Assembly: GCA_039545335.1 (NCBI GenBank)
Contig: BCIN01000001.1
Location: forward strand, 922,208-986,207
From: Kondoa subrosea
Lineage: Eukaryota
Length of the DNA: 64,000 bases
Direction: 5' to 3'
This document shows, piece after piece, positions 39,685 to 53,805 of the stretch (within the stretch, counting starts at the first letter, position 1; every line of letters begins with the position of its first letter). The translations under genes were made by a program, and so were the position numbers. A model generated the notes under the pieces. It did not search any database, was not told the DNA's origin, and saw only the letters and a program-made list of their open reading frames with translations.

Positions 39685-41659
39685 ATGGCCGATCCACCTG
39701 TTAAGAAGAAGCGAACACCTCTACCTGTTTCACAGATTGCTGTTCTTCTCTTGATCCAGACTTGCGAACCTATAGCCTATACTTCAGTTTTCCCTTTCAT
39801 TAATCAGCAATTGCAAGGACTTGGTACTAAAGTCGATGAAGTTGGTTACTATGTTGGTCTGATGTGCGTCCTTTCCAACTCGCGGGTTGTGAAAGCTTCT
39901 TCAGTTACTGAAATGCGGCGATGATGTACGTAGAGAATCTCTCTTCTTTGTAACTGAAGCGCTATTCGTCCTCAATTGGTCGAGATTGAGTGATCGTATT
40001 GGACGAAAACCGGTCCTCATGACGGGATTATTGGGTGTAGCGATTTCAAGTGGGTTGGCACAGTAGTCAATCGCACCTTATGCTGAGATATATTACAGTC
40101 AATCTCTTTGGTATAAGTACAAGCTTTCTTGCTTTAATGTTTAGCAGAGCACTGTCGGGAGCTTTGAATGGCAGTCAGTACTTTACGCAGTGATTCCCCT
40201 TCGTCTCATCAATGTCCCTGATAGATATTGGAGTGTGGGCTTGCATTTGCTTTTGTTTTATACTGAAGTAAAGCTAAATTGCTACAACTACAGATGCAAA
40301 GCCACTATGGCCGAATTGACAGACGAAACAAATCGTGCAAAAGCATTCAGTTTCGTTGCTCTGACTTGGTCTGCCGGTTCCAGTATCGGTCCGATGTAAG
40401 AGTGACGGGTCAATTATGAGCTTGCACAGCTCATGATTTGTTTTTGTAATCTTACAGGCTTGGAGGAATGCTAGCGGGCCAAACATTCCCTTCTGTGCTA
40501 CCATTTATGCAAGACTTTCTCAAGCGACATCCTTACTACCTTTCCTGCGGTGCAGCTGGAGCCTTTCCACTCCTATGTACTCTCATAGTACTGTTCGTAC
40601 TAAAGGAGGTAAGTCTCAATCGAGCCAATTGTAATACCCAGCTCTGAACAATTTTGACAGACCCGCAAATCCACACGATACAGTGCATATCTCCCTCTAG
40701 GCGAAGCTCAACCAGAAGCTGCATCACCTACCTTACCAGATTCGCAAGCTAGTGTTGCTTCACCTCGATTTTCCAAAGAAGAGCAAGATAGCAGCAAGTC
40801 TGAAAACTTTCTGTCGCATGCAGAAGATGATCGGATCGTCCCGCTCATGCAACTCATAACAAACACAAAAGTACAAGCAGCTGTACTCAATTATGCTGTT
40901 CTGGCATTAGTTAGCCTTTTCCGTCCCCCAAATTTGTACATTTGAAGCTGACACCATCAATCTAGGTCGATATCGCTTTCGGAGCCTGTTTCAACCTCTT
41001 TCTCTTCACCCCCGTCGATTTAGGAGGATTAGGTCTCGTACCCAAACAAATCGGCTTTGTTATGGCACTTCAAGGGATCGTAGGCGGAGTTTCCTCTCTT
41101 TTCGTCTTTGCGCCTTTGGAGAAAAGATTAGGCACTACTCGACTTTTCAGATTATCCCTACCTTCTTACGCTTTGTTGACATTGATGATGCCTTTACTCA
41201 ATATGGCAGCTAAAAGCGCTGGAATGGCGTCTGTTTGGACTGCATGGTTCTTGATGGGCTTGGTACTGCTATTTACATGCTTTGGCTGCATTGCTTATGG
41301 TTGCACTGTAAGCATTATTCTTGCTGTTCAGACTGAGTGACTGATTTGAGCAGTTTGTCTTCATTACCGCTTCCGCGCCGAACAGTAGCAGTCTAGGCGG
41401 CACCAACGGTCTCGCACAGACCGTCATAGTAAGCGCATCGCTCCTAATTCACCGTTGCTTGCTGATTTGCGCCATCAAGTCTTTGATTCGAGCTATCGGA
41501 CCTGCATGCTTTACTGCCCTCTTTGCGGCAACTATACAGCATCAACTCCTTTACAGCAAGTTGGTCTATGTTGTGCTGATAGGCCTCGTTGCTGCTGGGT
41601 GGGTATGCAGTTTCTTGTTGCCTAAGCAGAAGAGATCGATCCAGGGTCATTGGGTATAG
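39685..41659 (+). CDS. Major facilitator superfamily transporter (DHA1-like)
   Basis: LSDRIGRKPVLMTGL motif A, AELTDETNRAKAF, GPMLGG, SLGGTNGLAQT; many TM segments; 9 introns. Confidence 0.93.
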
Positions 41660-41937
41660 TAGCATGAGAGATTTATTCAGCATTGCATATAGGATGTAAA
41701 ATAGATTAGATACTTCAAGAAAATGTACAGTATGCGTGTCATTGGGAACTGAAACTTATCGAGAGAATCAACAAGGATATTTAGGGCGACACAGGCACGT
41801 GGAAGACAGGAGCTGTAAGCGAGCACAGCGAGTCGGTGGAACAACAACAGTATCATTAGAGTCAGACCGAATCTTACAGATCTTTGCGTTATAAAAGTTC
41901 CGACTTTTGCTCATGTCTAAACTGTTATGATCCTCCT

Positions 41938-44042
41938 CTACTTGTTGAGGAAGGCCTTGAGTGCTTCCATACTGCCTGACCATCAGCTTGTTCAGCGGTA
42001 ACCAAGAAAATGCAAACCTCATGGATTTTGGTCGTTCGATTGACTAATGAGATCATCAGAACATGCTCAGCGATGTCAGAGCATGCGCAACGCACTAATC
42101 CCAACGCCCTCGACCAGACAAGCTACGCAAAGAGTCCCGCTGTCATTTATACTTCACACTAAGAAATGAAAATACTTACCTGACCAACGCATCCCATAGC
42201 TGAACGAAAGAAACATCAGCATAGATCTGATATCAACAGATTGTACGCACCTCTGCTGCAACCGAATACGACAGCTGCGATGACATACTGCTCAGCGAAA
42301 CATTCCGATTCACGCAACTTGAAAAATCACTCACTGTAGAACTGTTGCTGAGTCATACCATAGTGATATAGCAAGCATCCAGAAGCGGCATCAACGTTAG
42401 GGAAAGGGTTCTTGGTCTTTCCGTGTTCGGTCAAAACACCAGGAGCGATCTTGTAAAGCTTGTCGACGATCTTGAAGATGGGGTCTTCAAGAAGTTCAGG
42501 GTTGCGATGACCGAATTCACGAAGAGCAGCGAATCGAGGGTCCTGTGAATACCAACCAGCATATGAAGGCGAATCCCTTTCATCGCTCAAGACGACTTAC
42601 AGGCTTGCGCAAGACAGCATGACCGTATCCTGGAACAACGCGGCCGCTCTTTAGGACTTTCCACAAGGCTTCCTTGATTTGTTCATCTGAAGCGTTCTCG
42701 CCAACATCCTTGACCATTTCGAGAATGAAGGAAAGCACTTCTTGGTTGGCTAGACCGTGCAGAGGACCAGCTAGACCAGCGAGAGCGGCGGAGTATGAAA
42801 GGAAAGGATCCGACAGGGCAGATCCGACGAGGTCTGCTTGAAGTATTAGTATTGGGCATTCAATGTGATGTAAGGAACCGCACGGGAAGTGTGAGCAGAG
42901 ACATTACCACCTTCGTGATCGGTATGAAGAGCGTTGTACAGTCGGATCAATTCAATGAAAGCTGGTTTGTCACCGAAACCGGTAGCATTAGCAAAGTTGT
43001 AAGACAAATCTTTAGATTTGTCAATGGATGCTCCTTGTTCTCCGTTTCTGTATACGTTGTTGTAGATTCTTCCGGCGATGGTGTAGACTTTGGCGCAAAG
43101 ATCCAATGAATCTTCAAGAACTGGTTTCCAGTATTCTGACTTCTTGATACCAGTAGAGTAGGCCTTGGCGAAAGCAGAGTCGTGGCTAGTGAAAGTCAGA
43201 ATGGCCAAACAACAGAACTTTCAACTCACTTGAGAGCGGCAGTCGCAGCGACGAATTGGGTCATTGGGTGAAGAGTTTTAGCTGGTAAGTTGTTTAGTAA
43301 ATGCATTAATAAATGTCTGATGACTCACGGAAAGAGTCGATAATCTTCTCAATGTGAGAAGGGAGAGTGGATCGTTCGGCGAGATCTGAGGTGAATTCCT
43401 TGGCTTGTTCGGCTGAAGGAACTTGACCAGTCAAAAGGTACCAAAGCATGCTTTCAGGAAGCATCTCTTTGCCTCCTGGAGCAGCAGGAAGGACTTCTTG
43501 GCATTCCTATAGAGCAGCGTGATCAGGAAATACTGTCATCTGTATTTTGACCTTCAGCTTACTGGAATAGTGCGGCCCCAGAAACGAATGCCCTCGTTAG
43601 CGTCGAGCACTGAAGGATCCCAGAGCATGACTTTCAATCCTCTCATGCCTCCTGCAGGACGATAGCCCAAAAGTATCAATGCACTGTTCGTGCTTCTAGC
43701 CCAGGGAAAGTCAAACGAACCAATCAAGTTTTCCACTTTGATGTCTCCCAAGCTTCGGTCTCCATAGTTGGTTTTGAGTTCTTTGAGAAGTTCTTGTCGC
43801 TGAGGAACAAGTTCCGCGAAAGTATCTTGCAGAGTCTGTGTGCCCGATCCATTGTGAGATCCCTGACGGATCACTCCTCGACCATGACACACCTTGCTTG
43901 AAGCGAAACGAACAGCAGTAGGCTTGCTCAGACGTGCCAACTATTATTTCAACAAGTTCAGCCTTTCCCTGTTTCTGGCTTTGCTTGCGACAGAACTGAC
44001 TCTGGCAGTCTGCAATGCAGATCTAGATACTGAGAAGCTCAT
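41938..44042 (-). CDS. Mitochondrial citrate synthase family enzyme, likely 2-methylcitrate synthase type
   Basis: Arg/Ser-rich presequence; [77 protein letters not shown]. Confidence 0.92.
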
Positions 44043-44143
44043 CTTTCAGACACAAGGAAGTTGACGGAACCGAAAGACAGCGTTGTTCGGTTATTCCAGC
44101 GAGCGAAGGTGTCACCGGCTACCAAGACAGCAGTCAATCTGGA

Positions 44144-45112
44144 ATGCTCTGTGTTCACTGCGGCTCTTCTGTGCAGTCCCTTTTGACACATTTCAGTCCG
44201 AAGAACTATGCTTTGGCTCAATGCCAGAATTGCAACGAGCTTTCCGACCCTTATATCGAGCATGGCTTTGCATTGAAGCTTGTAGACTTGCTTCTACTTA
44301 AGCAAAGCATCTTCAGGCATCTTCTTTTCAATCAGACTGGTCTTTCCTCGCCCAGGCTAGTCCTGAGATTAGCAGTTTCAACCCTACTACTCGATGCTTG
44401 TCCGCTTATTCTGTCTCTCTCATTCTCTTCGTCTGACTTGCTTGAGTAGATACTCGCTGGTCGGAAAGAGCGCTGAGCAAGACCATTCAACCGAGAGATA
44501 GTGATCTACTATATGCCTTTGGACAGGCAGTAATTAGACAGCTTTTCGGTCAGTAACTCTAGCCTCTCCTTCTGCTGCTACGCTCATAATAGTACAGAGA
44601 CTTTAACTTTACATCTCCTGGTTAATTTGACTTGCTATATCTACCACCGAGCTCGAAGTCGGCAAACCCATTAGTACCGTCTTAGCATCTTTGCGTCTTT
44701 GAAAGCTGATCCTTTGGCTAGTTCACCTCGAGTCGTCTCTTTGGCACTGTTCTACTCCTCTTTAGCAAAACTCTTCGTACTCTTTATCCTTCTCATCTTC
44801 CGATCAGAATACTCAACTTCACCTATTCTTGGTCTGCCTTTTGACCTGCAAGATCGCATAACGACTTTATTTCCTTATATACTGCAAGAGAAACAAGATG
44901 CACGATTATGGCTTATTAGACAGATATTGGGTACAAGTTCTGCAATAGTGGGTATTTCAGGTCAGTGCTAGCTTGCTTTCAGATGTGATATCATCTAAAG
45001 GTAAGATTGGCCGACAGTCATCTTACAGACAAACACTTTGGGTACTTTAATGGTTTTGACGCCCGCTTGGGCTTTGCAAGCTGGATTCTGGACATACGCG
45101 AATCTTCAGTGA
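44144..45112 (+). CDS. ARV1: Arv1 lipid/sterol homeostasis ER protein
   Basis: MLCVHCG..QCQNCNELSDPYIEH..VDLLLLKQSIFRHLLFN (Arv1 homology domain); TM segments. Confidence 0.9.
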
Positions 45113-45260
45113 CATACAGCAGATAGGGAATCGCATCCTGGTATATCCAAGCGTTACAGCGTTACATTGTACAGTAGATAACCTTTCATCTATATTGAAT
45201 ATGATGTGCTTTCGTCTTAGAACAAATTGATGTACATTTGGGTATCCTGTATATAGTACA

Positions 45261-46610
45261 CTACAGCTTAGCAGCAGGTGGTCGCTATAGGGTCCTACGC
45301 ATCAGCATATCGCCGCAGAATTCAACAATAACCAGACTCACGATAATGCCCTGCTGAGTCATGGTCGCAATACATGTTCCAGACCTATCCCAAGTCCTAA
45401 AAGTACCGTTCGATCGACCAACACCTGCAACTTCGACGAATTGCTCGCTCAACATCCATTCATCCGCTTTCCAGTCATTTCGATGAAAACGTAAAGTCAT
45501 TTCCAGTGAACTGCATGCTCCTGCAGCAGTGACGAACTTATGATCGAACATAAGTGGTAGGAAAGCGACTGCGCCATCGAGGATGAAAGCCATCATGCTG
45601 AGCAGCAGACCAGATTAAGATTTGACATGATAGTTGAGAATGAGATAGGTCTCACCCTGCTCGCTCTCCTTGTGTTTTCAGTGGCCTGGAAGCTTTATGC
45701 CAGGTTGCGCTGGTCTTTTCCGTTATCTTCCAGTCATCTTGTGTTGTCTTCTTCTCTGTATCAACTCCATACCTGTAATGGGCAAAAGGCATGAGACTGC
45801 GGAGTACGGGTTTGACATAGAGACGTACAGAGTTTGGAATCCTAGACCTGCAAGGTGTATGCTTAGTCGAAGTCAAGCTGAATCCAGCGAACGAAATCCT
45901 ACCTTCTGGACAGTTCCTGACCTCGTAATCATGAAATGATGGAAGAATAGGAAACACTGCTTTGTAAATATCCCTCTTCTTCTTCGCTAACCTCCCTTCC
46001 CTGACTTCTTTTTCGATATGATCTTCAAATTTGGGAATATTTTCTGGAAGCGAATACTTCACTCGAGGTTCAGGAGAGAAATCAAACATAGCTGCTTCCG
46101 CTATCTGGAAGTCCACGAGCATGACTGTGGGTAAGGCCCACCTGCATATCAGCTTGGAGCTGATGGTGCAGATGATATTCCCCACTCATAGTCTTCCGGA
46201 CCTGACCATTCTGCTCTTGCGAAGCTGTGACTAGACGAGTAGCGAATGTCCTTGTTGTCCGAACATCTTCTACGACAAAAGTGACAGGGGGTTTAGTCAG
46301 AGTTGGTCCCAGCCAAGTTGCGGTAGCAACGTCTGCACGCAGAAATAAGACATGGAATGATCCGAAACGGCTGTGACCAACAGATATGTAGCGAGTCCGG
46401 CACAGTCTGACAAGCTGAGTTAATGCACTGCGCGAGCGAATATCCTCCATATGCAATTTCCTTGATGTTACCATTCTTCTTGCTCGGATGACTGTCAGTA
46501 GAAGAAGAATCGAACAAGCTTGGACGCGGCCAAGGAGTGACGAACACATTTTGGAAGGTATTGTGTCCTATTTTCTTCACTTGCAAGATTGTGTCAATAG
46601 ATGTAGTCAT
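45261..46610 (-). CDS. Acyl-CoA thioesterase II (TesB/Tes1-like) with PTS1
   Basis: AYGGYSLAQ, VRTTRTFATRLV, SSLEMTLRFH, IATMTQQGII; ends PAAKL*. Confidence 0.9.
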
Positions 46611-46743
46611 TGCGTTCGACAAGTGGAACACAGATGTACAGCAGTCACACTCGCCCAGACAGGGGTAGGAAGAACGATACAATATGGCTGAAGCGAAAGT
46701 AAGATGCTTTCACATGCATATGCTACAAAAATCAACAGGCGCA

Positions 46744-49400
46744 TCATACGCGTGCCTCGCTATTCGCGAATTTCAATGCAGCCTTTCCGAATAATCTTGG
46801 GGCCTTTGATTGTATCCAATGAGGAGGTATAGATGAAACAGTCCGAATATATGTTTGAGTTGTAAGAATCTGCATCGCATTTCAACGCCGACAAGATCAC
46901 GCCTCATATGAAGACTCACCAGCTCATGATACATGACAGCTTGAGCTTTCTTTTGATGCAATATAGAACTAGGGTGGACCTTGACCGGCTGCATCCTGAT
47001 ATGAGCTTCATCTTATAGACACGGAAACAACTCACCAATCTACCGACGACCTTCTGATATTTCCCGTCCGCAAACCTGAGCGCCGTATTCTGATGAAATC
47101 CAGCCATACAAGCTTCTAAGATCATAGACAGATCATCACCGCAAGAAACTTTCCAATCCATTCCTAAACGTTCACAACGTTCTCTCAACTGTTTCCTCGC
47201 TTCCAGTACATTGGCCATTGTTTTGACATTGATGAAGTTTTCCTTCAGCCAAGCAGTTCGATCTGATTTGGTTGCTGATGGTTCTATAGAATCGTAAGCT
47301 GCTAAAACGTTGAACAGCGTAAGGTGATCTCCATCTCGGTGAACGAATTTCGAGTGTGCTTCTTGAGCTTGTTCTCTTATATTTGTAGAAGTGATGAGAA
47401 GGTTATCGGAGTAGGATAAGAGAGAAACGAGGGAAACGACTTCCGATGGACAACCGATATCGAAGGAAGCAATCAGAGCTCGAGCAGAAGTCGGTTCGAG
47501 AGGAAAAGCCGCCATCAGTTTGCCAATCTCGGAGATCCCTTGCTTGTTATCGACTGCGCCTAGTGCGTATAAATGTAGCATAGCTTCCGTCACTACCAAT
47601 CTGTCAGTTTGTGCCGATGTTGAGCTGAGCTTGGGCTCACTAGCGTCTGCTTCCGGCGGATCCATGAATTCGAAAGTGAAGACATTATCCTGTCCACTAG
47701 CTAAAAGATGAAGAAGGGCGAATTGCAGACTACATCGCTGAATTTCCGGTATTTGCGATTGAGGTAGATCCAAATAGTCTTGTTCACGATAGAGTCTAAA
47801 GCAGGTACCACTTGACTGTCCAAGATATGATAATGTTAGCTGCTGCAAGAAGCAAAATGCGATCAGCTCTCGAACCTCTCGACCTGCTCTACCAGCCCTT
47901 TGCATGGCACTAGACTTGCTGATAGGTTTCACCAAAAGCGAGTCCATGCCTGTCAGTCCTTCGTTCAAAGACAGCCATGTGGCCAAGTCTGAATAGAAGG
48001 CTGACCATTCAAAGCATGATAAGTTTTCTCTTTCATCATCCCGCAATCGATGACATATTTCACGCCAGGTATAGTGACTGAAGTTTCAGCTACATTAGTC
48101 GAGAGGATGACTTTCCGAGTACCCGGTGCAGCCTTCTGAAAAGCTTTGGCTTGCTGGGCAGGTGGTAACTTGGCAAATAATGGACATATTTCGATCTGTT
48201 CGAATTTGCCCTTATCAGCTGACAGTCAGCGGAAGGAAGTGTAATTCGAACCTTGCTCTTATCTGATTTTAGATTCTTCGAGTAGAATTGTATCGACGAA
48301 GATATGTTCTCGATATCTTCTTCACCGGTGAGAAAGATGAGCACATCACCCGGCGGCTGCTCAACATGTGTAACAAAGAAGGTTTTGAGTGCTGCGTCTA
48401 GGTAATCTGTTTGTGCTTCTATTGCATACTGAATCTTGACTTTATGTTGTCGACCTTGCACATATAGAATTTGCGCACTGTACACAAATGAAGTCCCTAG
48501 TCAGTGGCTGAGTCGACAAGCACAAACAAGTTGCGCACTTATCAAAGTAGGCTGAGAAACGCTCTGCATCCAAAGTAGCGCTCATTACTATAATCTTGAG
48601 TTCCGTTTGATCTTTGTTCGGATCCTCTTTTGCTCTAGCTTTCCTAGCTCTTTGTACTTTCTTCAGGAAGCCGAGCACCATATCCGTTCTTAGCGTCCGT
48701 TCATGCGCTTCATCTACTATAACTACATCATACCGATCCAGCAATGAATCCGCTAGCAATTCTTGTAAGAGTGTACCATCGGTGACGAACTTGCATTTCG
48801 TTTGAGGCGAAGAACAATCGTCGAATCGGACAGTATAACCAACTGTTCCTCCTAGTTTGGAAGCGACTTCTTGAGCAACTCGAGTTGCTAAAGAAATAGC
48901 TGCTACTCTTCTTGGTTGGGTCACACAGATGCGATTAGATGAAGAAGCATCCAGTAGGAATTGTGGGACTTGTGTAGTCTTGCCTGAACCAGTTTCGCCC
49001 AAGATGACTATCGTGTCGTTTTCTTTCACAGCTTGTACAATAGCATCTTTTCCTGGCAATCATTCGGATCACTATCAGATACGGAGCCTGACAGCTGCGA
49101 TCCCTCTGGCTGACCTTGCCAGATAGGTAGTTGCATTCGAGCTGGTAATAAGCCAGCAGCTCTCTCTGCTCGGTCTTTCTGACTCTTCTTGTTATCCAAT
49201 TTGACAGGATGCGTTTCTTGCTCATCTCCGGAAACTGGCTCATCATTCAGTCTCACTCGTTTGGCTGGTGAATTCGGTTTTGTTGATGCAGGTCTTTTAG
49301 CATTGTTGCGAGCTGGAGAGACGGGAGAAGGAGGTAGTACGCTTGTAGATGCTATGGGAACACCTGAATCCTCTTGCTTCTCTGGGAAATAAGTCTTCAT
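46744..49400 (-). CDS. DEAH-box RNA helicase (Dhr2/DHX33-like)
   Basis: GETGSGKTTQVPQ, TQPRRVAA, DEAHER, MSATL, STNVAETSVTIPG, QRAGRAGRE, HA2 region. Confidence 0.93.
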
Positions 49401-49685
49401 TCTCGCTGTCGAAAACAGAGGATGATCGGAAAGAAATTGTCAAGAGTGAAAGTCAAAGTCAAAGTCACGCGAGAGCTGATACTGATGATACTGATACATT
49501 CCACTCCATTGCTACCGAATCTCAAGAAAGAAAGAACTTGAACAAGTGAATCACAATGTATTCCCCTTCCTGGCCTTGCCAAAAACTAGACTTCCGGGCA
49601 GATCAAATCAGATACTGCAGCTAGACGCAACCAATGAGCAAAATGAACAATCAGCCAGTGAGAAGAATGACTCACATGTTGAATC

Positions 49686-50438
49686 CTACTCTGGTTGAAC
49701 TTCCCAATCCTCTTCAAATTCTCCATTCCGTTCTTCTTCATGATGACGAGGAGGGCCACCTCTGTGCATCCGATGATGTGGTGGTGGTGATCCATGTCTG
49801 CCTGGACTACCGTGTCTTCTTCCTCTTGGATGTCTATGATGATGAGGAGGTGAAGGTGGACCGTGATGAGGGAATCCGGGCATATCATCGCAAGGAGGAG
49901 TAGGGAAATGTGGATGTCCATATGATGGTGGCTAAGCATGAATACAATCAGTGAACACAGCACCAACGAGAAAGGGCAGAGAAGCATACTGGAGGTGGTC
50001 CATAGTGATGCATATGATGGTGCATTCTCATATGGGGTGGCATATGTCTTCCATGATGCATGCCAGGACCTGGAAGATGAGGTGGCTAAGAGACATTAAT
50101 TAGTGCTTGTCAACTTTGTCTGTAAATATGCAGCTTACGGGAGGAGGGAACATCCCATGAGATCCATATCTACCTCTTACGCCTTGTGGCGGACCAGGAC
50201 GAGAAGCAGAAAGGTATTCCGCAAGTAAAGCAGCAGCTTCTTTCTGCACTTCAGGGTCAACCTCACGAGAGGAACGACTTGCTTGGGTGACAGCCGTTTC
50301 CGCAGCAATAACGAGCTTATCGAGAGCTTTGTAGAGAGTGTTGGCGTCAGAGGGTGCAGATAAGGCCACTGTGAGAGACTCAAAGGAAGTTTTGAGTTCT
50401 TCAATAGAAGATATAGATTCTGGAGGTGTGCAAGACAT
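49686..50438 (-). CDS. Hypothetical protein with helical N-terminus and His/Pro/Gly/Arg-rich C-terminus
   Basis: Three exons splice in frame; tail includes PHHGPPSPPHHHRHPRGRRHGSPGRHGSPPPHHRMH. Confidence 0.7.
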
Positions 50439-50704
50439 AGCTGAATCAGAACAAGAAGAGAAGGGAGATTCCTCTAGCTCATATACACGACATCGGTGGC
50501 GTATCCGCAGTGACCGCGCAGTCGTGCGCAGTCATGCGCAGCACATCACGTGCGCTGACTGAAGTAGCCTCTGACGCTATTCAGGCGAAGGGGAGATAAC
50601 TTCAGTGTTGTCATCAACAGCAGGAACAACAGCAGAAAGAGCAGAGAGAAAACATGGATGAAATCGATGATATTGTACGAACACAGACAGAGGTGAATTT
50701 ATAT

Positions 50705-51979
50705 CTACGTAAAGACCGTTTCATACACGGTCAGAATACGAAACCGCTGCCCCGTGCTGAGCGGAGCCGGTGTCTCCACCGAGTGAAATGTTGCGGTGCT
50801 GAGAACAGTGTTCACAATATTGCCACCAGCTTGATTCACGGTTGCTTCAGATGAAAGTGTAGAGATTTTGGATGGGCTTGGATTCTTGTTAGTATTCGTG
50901 GCTGTTCCTGCGACTTGCGTATTCATCGAAGTTGATGTTGCCTGGTCAGGTTTGGTTGTCTGTGTGCTAGCAGGGTCTGACGATGCATCGCTGTTGGAAA
51001 TATCGCTGCCTGTAAGCATGACATAGCTGCGAGAAATCAAAACCTACTTATACGGCCTGATCATGATGTCCTGGTCTGTAGCTTTGCCCCGAATAGTAGC
51101 TTCGCTTGCACTCGAAAGAGCATTCCCTTTGCTGTCTTTCATGGTGTAATGAAAGTAGTCTGAATTGCCTGCCGCAGGAACGCAGTACGCCTAATGAAAA
51201 TATCAGGTCGTGAGCTTCAGCGCCTGAAAAAGCACAAGCTTACCGCATTCGGTACATCTGGGTCAGATTTACAGTCGACCAGTTTCTTCCCTGTACCATC
51301 AGCGATGATGGCGGTATAAGGGCCTGTTGATTAGACATTCAGCTTCCCCTTACACAAGAAAACAATAAAAAGCATACCATGTCCACCTGCCATCAAAAAT
51401 CGAGAAGGCTGACCAGCGACCCAGCCCAAAGATCCAAATTCGCCCAAATTAATACAAAGCTTGTTGCTTTCCGTCACTTCGATAGCTTGGGACCAAATAT
51501 AATCAGGCCAAAGCGTCCCGATAGCCTGACAAGTTGTATATATTTCTTAGCAAAGGATGTGCCGGATGATATTTGAGACGAACATCAGTCAATCCAATGT
51601 ACAGCTTTGCTCCAGGCGGCGCAATTGCGGGAATTGTGACTGAAGAACCGGTTACTGGCGCAAAGAGACGCTCGCCAGAAGTAGCTTCATTCCATCTGAT
51701 TACCACCTGGCCGCACATCCTAATCTCAGCTCCGCCGGGTGTTAAGGGAAGGGGGAACTCACTTCGAAATATGAGTCTGATGGCAGACGATCCCAAGTTA
51801 TAGTCAATGGAGAGCAGGCTATTCGTTATATCAGCTTGTGAGCTATAATACAAGGAGATCTCACCCTCGACCGAACCCGTTGGCGAGACAACGAGATTGG
51901 TGATGTTGTTCTTCTGTACTTGCGCGGATACCGCTGTATAAGGCAGGAGAATCAGGAAGTAGAGCACAGCGGATATCAT
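50705..51979 (-). CDS. Hypothetical secreted protein with Ser/Thr-rich C-terminal region
   Basis: Signal peptide MISAVLYFLILLPYTAVSA; about 5 introns; S/T-rich final exon. Confidence 0.65.
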
Positions 51980-52304
51980 TCTTGTATATAAATGATGAGC
52001 AAGACTCAACGTGTACAGAACAAGATTGCTGAGACAAATGAAACCGCGGAACATAATACCGCGGAGTAACGAGAAGCAGAAACCAGAAAGTCCGAGGAAA
52101 CGAATATGCGACCAGACGCAACAAGAAGACGCATGAGTTGGCGGTTACGCTTGCTAGTACTACTTGCAATACTTGCTTAAATTAAGGAAGTTCATGTGCA
52201 TAAATTCTCGCCAAACGGAGTGTAACGGTACGAAGCTCCAAAAGAGACTGCTACCTGGTTGTCACACAGTGCAGCAGACCCTGCAGTCAACCGCGAAAAG
52301 CAAG

Positions 52305-53805
52305 ATGCAGCGACGGCGCTCGTCAAGAAACAACCTGCATGGATTTGGTGACGCTCATAATCGAGTGGGAATCTGAACCGGATAGTGAAATAGCAATCAG
52401 CAAAGGAGATCTGCAGTCGGGCAAGCTCATCTCTCTGATATTGGAAGGCAGGCTAGCTTCTCCGCGCTCGAAATCAAAATACTGAGTAATGCACAGATCT
52501 GGAGCTCAATGGAAGCCCGTCAGACTACGTGTTGATGCGGAATAGCAGTGGCTCGACACTCCAAGTCAGAGCTAGCGCGCAAAACGGGCTGCAGGACAAT
52601 GCACGACTCACTTTAGTAAGGAAGGGCAAGTCGAGTACTCCTGCTTCTGTTTCTACTTCTGTACCGCCTGTTTCTATTCTTTCTCCTGCTTCTACACCAC
52701 ATACACCTGTTCTTGAAGAAGAAACTCTTGAAGACGATGAACTTCCACCTCCGCTAGTCGAGACCTACTCTGTTCCCTCACCTGTAGATCTGCCTGCTCT
52801 TGATTCGAAACCTCCTATATCACAAAGATCAACATCCCCAAACGCAACTTCTCCTCCTTCGATAGTGGAACAGCAGTCGAAACCACACAACAAATCAGAA
52901 CCAGCTCGAGCTAAATCTAAGTTCACTTCATCTACTGGCAACGATTGTCTTCGAGTTCGAGAATACGTGAAACCAATACCGAACAAAGTCAGCAATGCTT
53001 TTGCTTTGGGTTCTAGAACGAAACCTCCAGTAGCTAGTACTTCCCAATTACCTCCACTTCCTTCTACAAACACATTGACAAGTTCTTCTACGAAATCTAT
53101 AGTAAGGGGAAGAACTCCCTTGACAATAGAAAATATATCTTTACCGTGTCCGGAACAAAGTGATCCTTCTTCATCAGAAGAGTCAGAACATAGATCAGCT
53201 AAACGGAAACGCAAGAGAAAATCTGTCAAGGAAGAGGAAGATGAAGAAGGAGAAGACAGGCAGCCTCGGAGGCACAGCTCAAGACATGAAACCAATCATC
53301 AGAAAGAGAGATTGGATAAGCTCATCAAGAAACATCAATTGAAATCTTTGTCCGATTTACAAGTAGGTAGAAGGGTTTGGGTTCCGTGGCACGGGCACCA
53401 AACTATGTACCCTGTTTGCAGTGAGAAATACTTTGACTGTTCGGAGATTTCAGCTGAGAGTGTTTGTGGTAGTCAAACGAGAAGCTCCAGACTGGGTTTG
53501 TCAGACTGACGAACCGCTGTTGCTGGAGAATCACCCAGTTAACTCAGTAATGGTGCAATTCTCGGGAGAAGATAAATGGTCAGTACTCTTGCTCGCTAAT
53601 TTAGCAGCGGAGGCTGAAGCCATACAATAGGAGCTGGTATACGCCCAAACAAATGTTGAAACCTGTTCCCTTGGGCGAAGTAGCTGAACTTGACGACTTG
53701 CTGCTCAACATAGAGCATGCAGATTACTTCAGAATGGGCGAGCGATACGGAGCTGCGATGGGAAAGCCGGAGAGTGTGGATTTGAGCAACCCAGAGTGGA
53801 ATTAG
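52305..53805 (+). CDS. Hypothetical nuclear protein with PWWP/Tudor-like domain
   Basis: Disordered S/P region, KRKRKRK, then LQVGRRVWVPWHGHQTMYP..VMVQFSGEDKWSWY. Ends uncertain. Confidence 0.55.

Noticed and set aside
51013..51051. ATAAGT...CTTAC on the minus strand as an AT-AC intron
   Set aside because: It would create a TAG stop; a GT-AG parse with a 9-nt micro-exon restores the frame.
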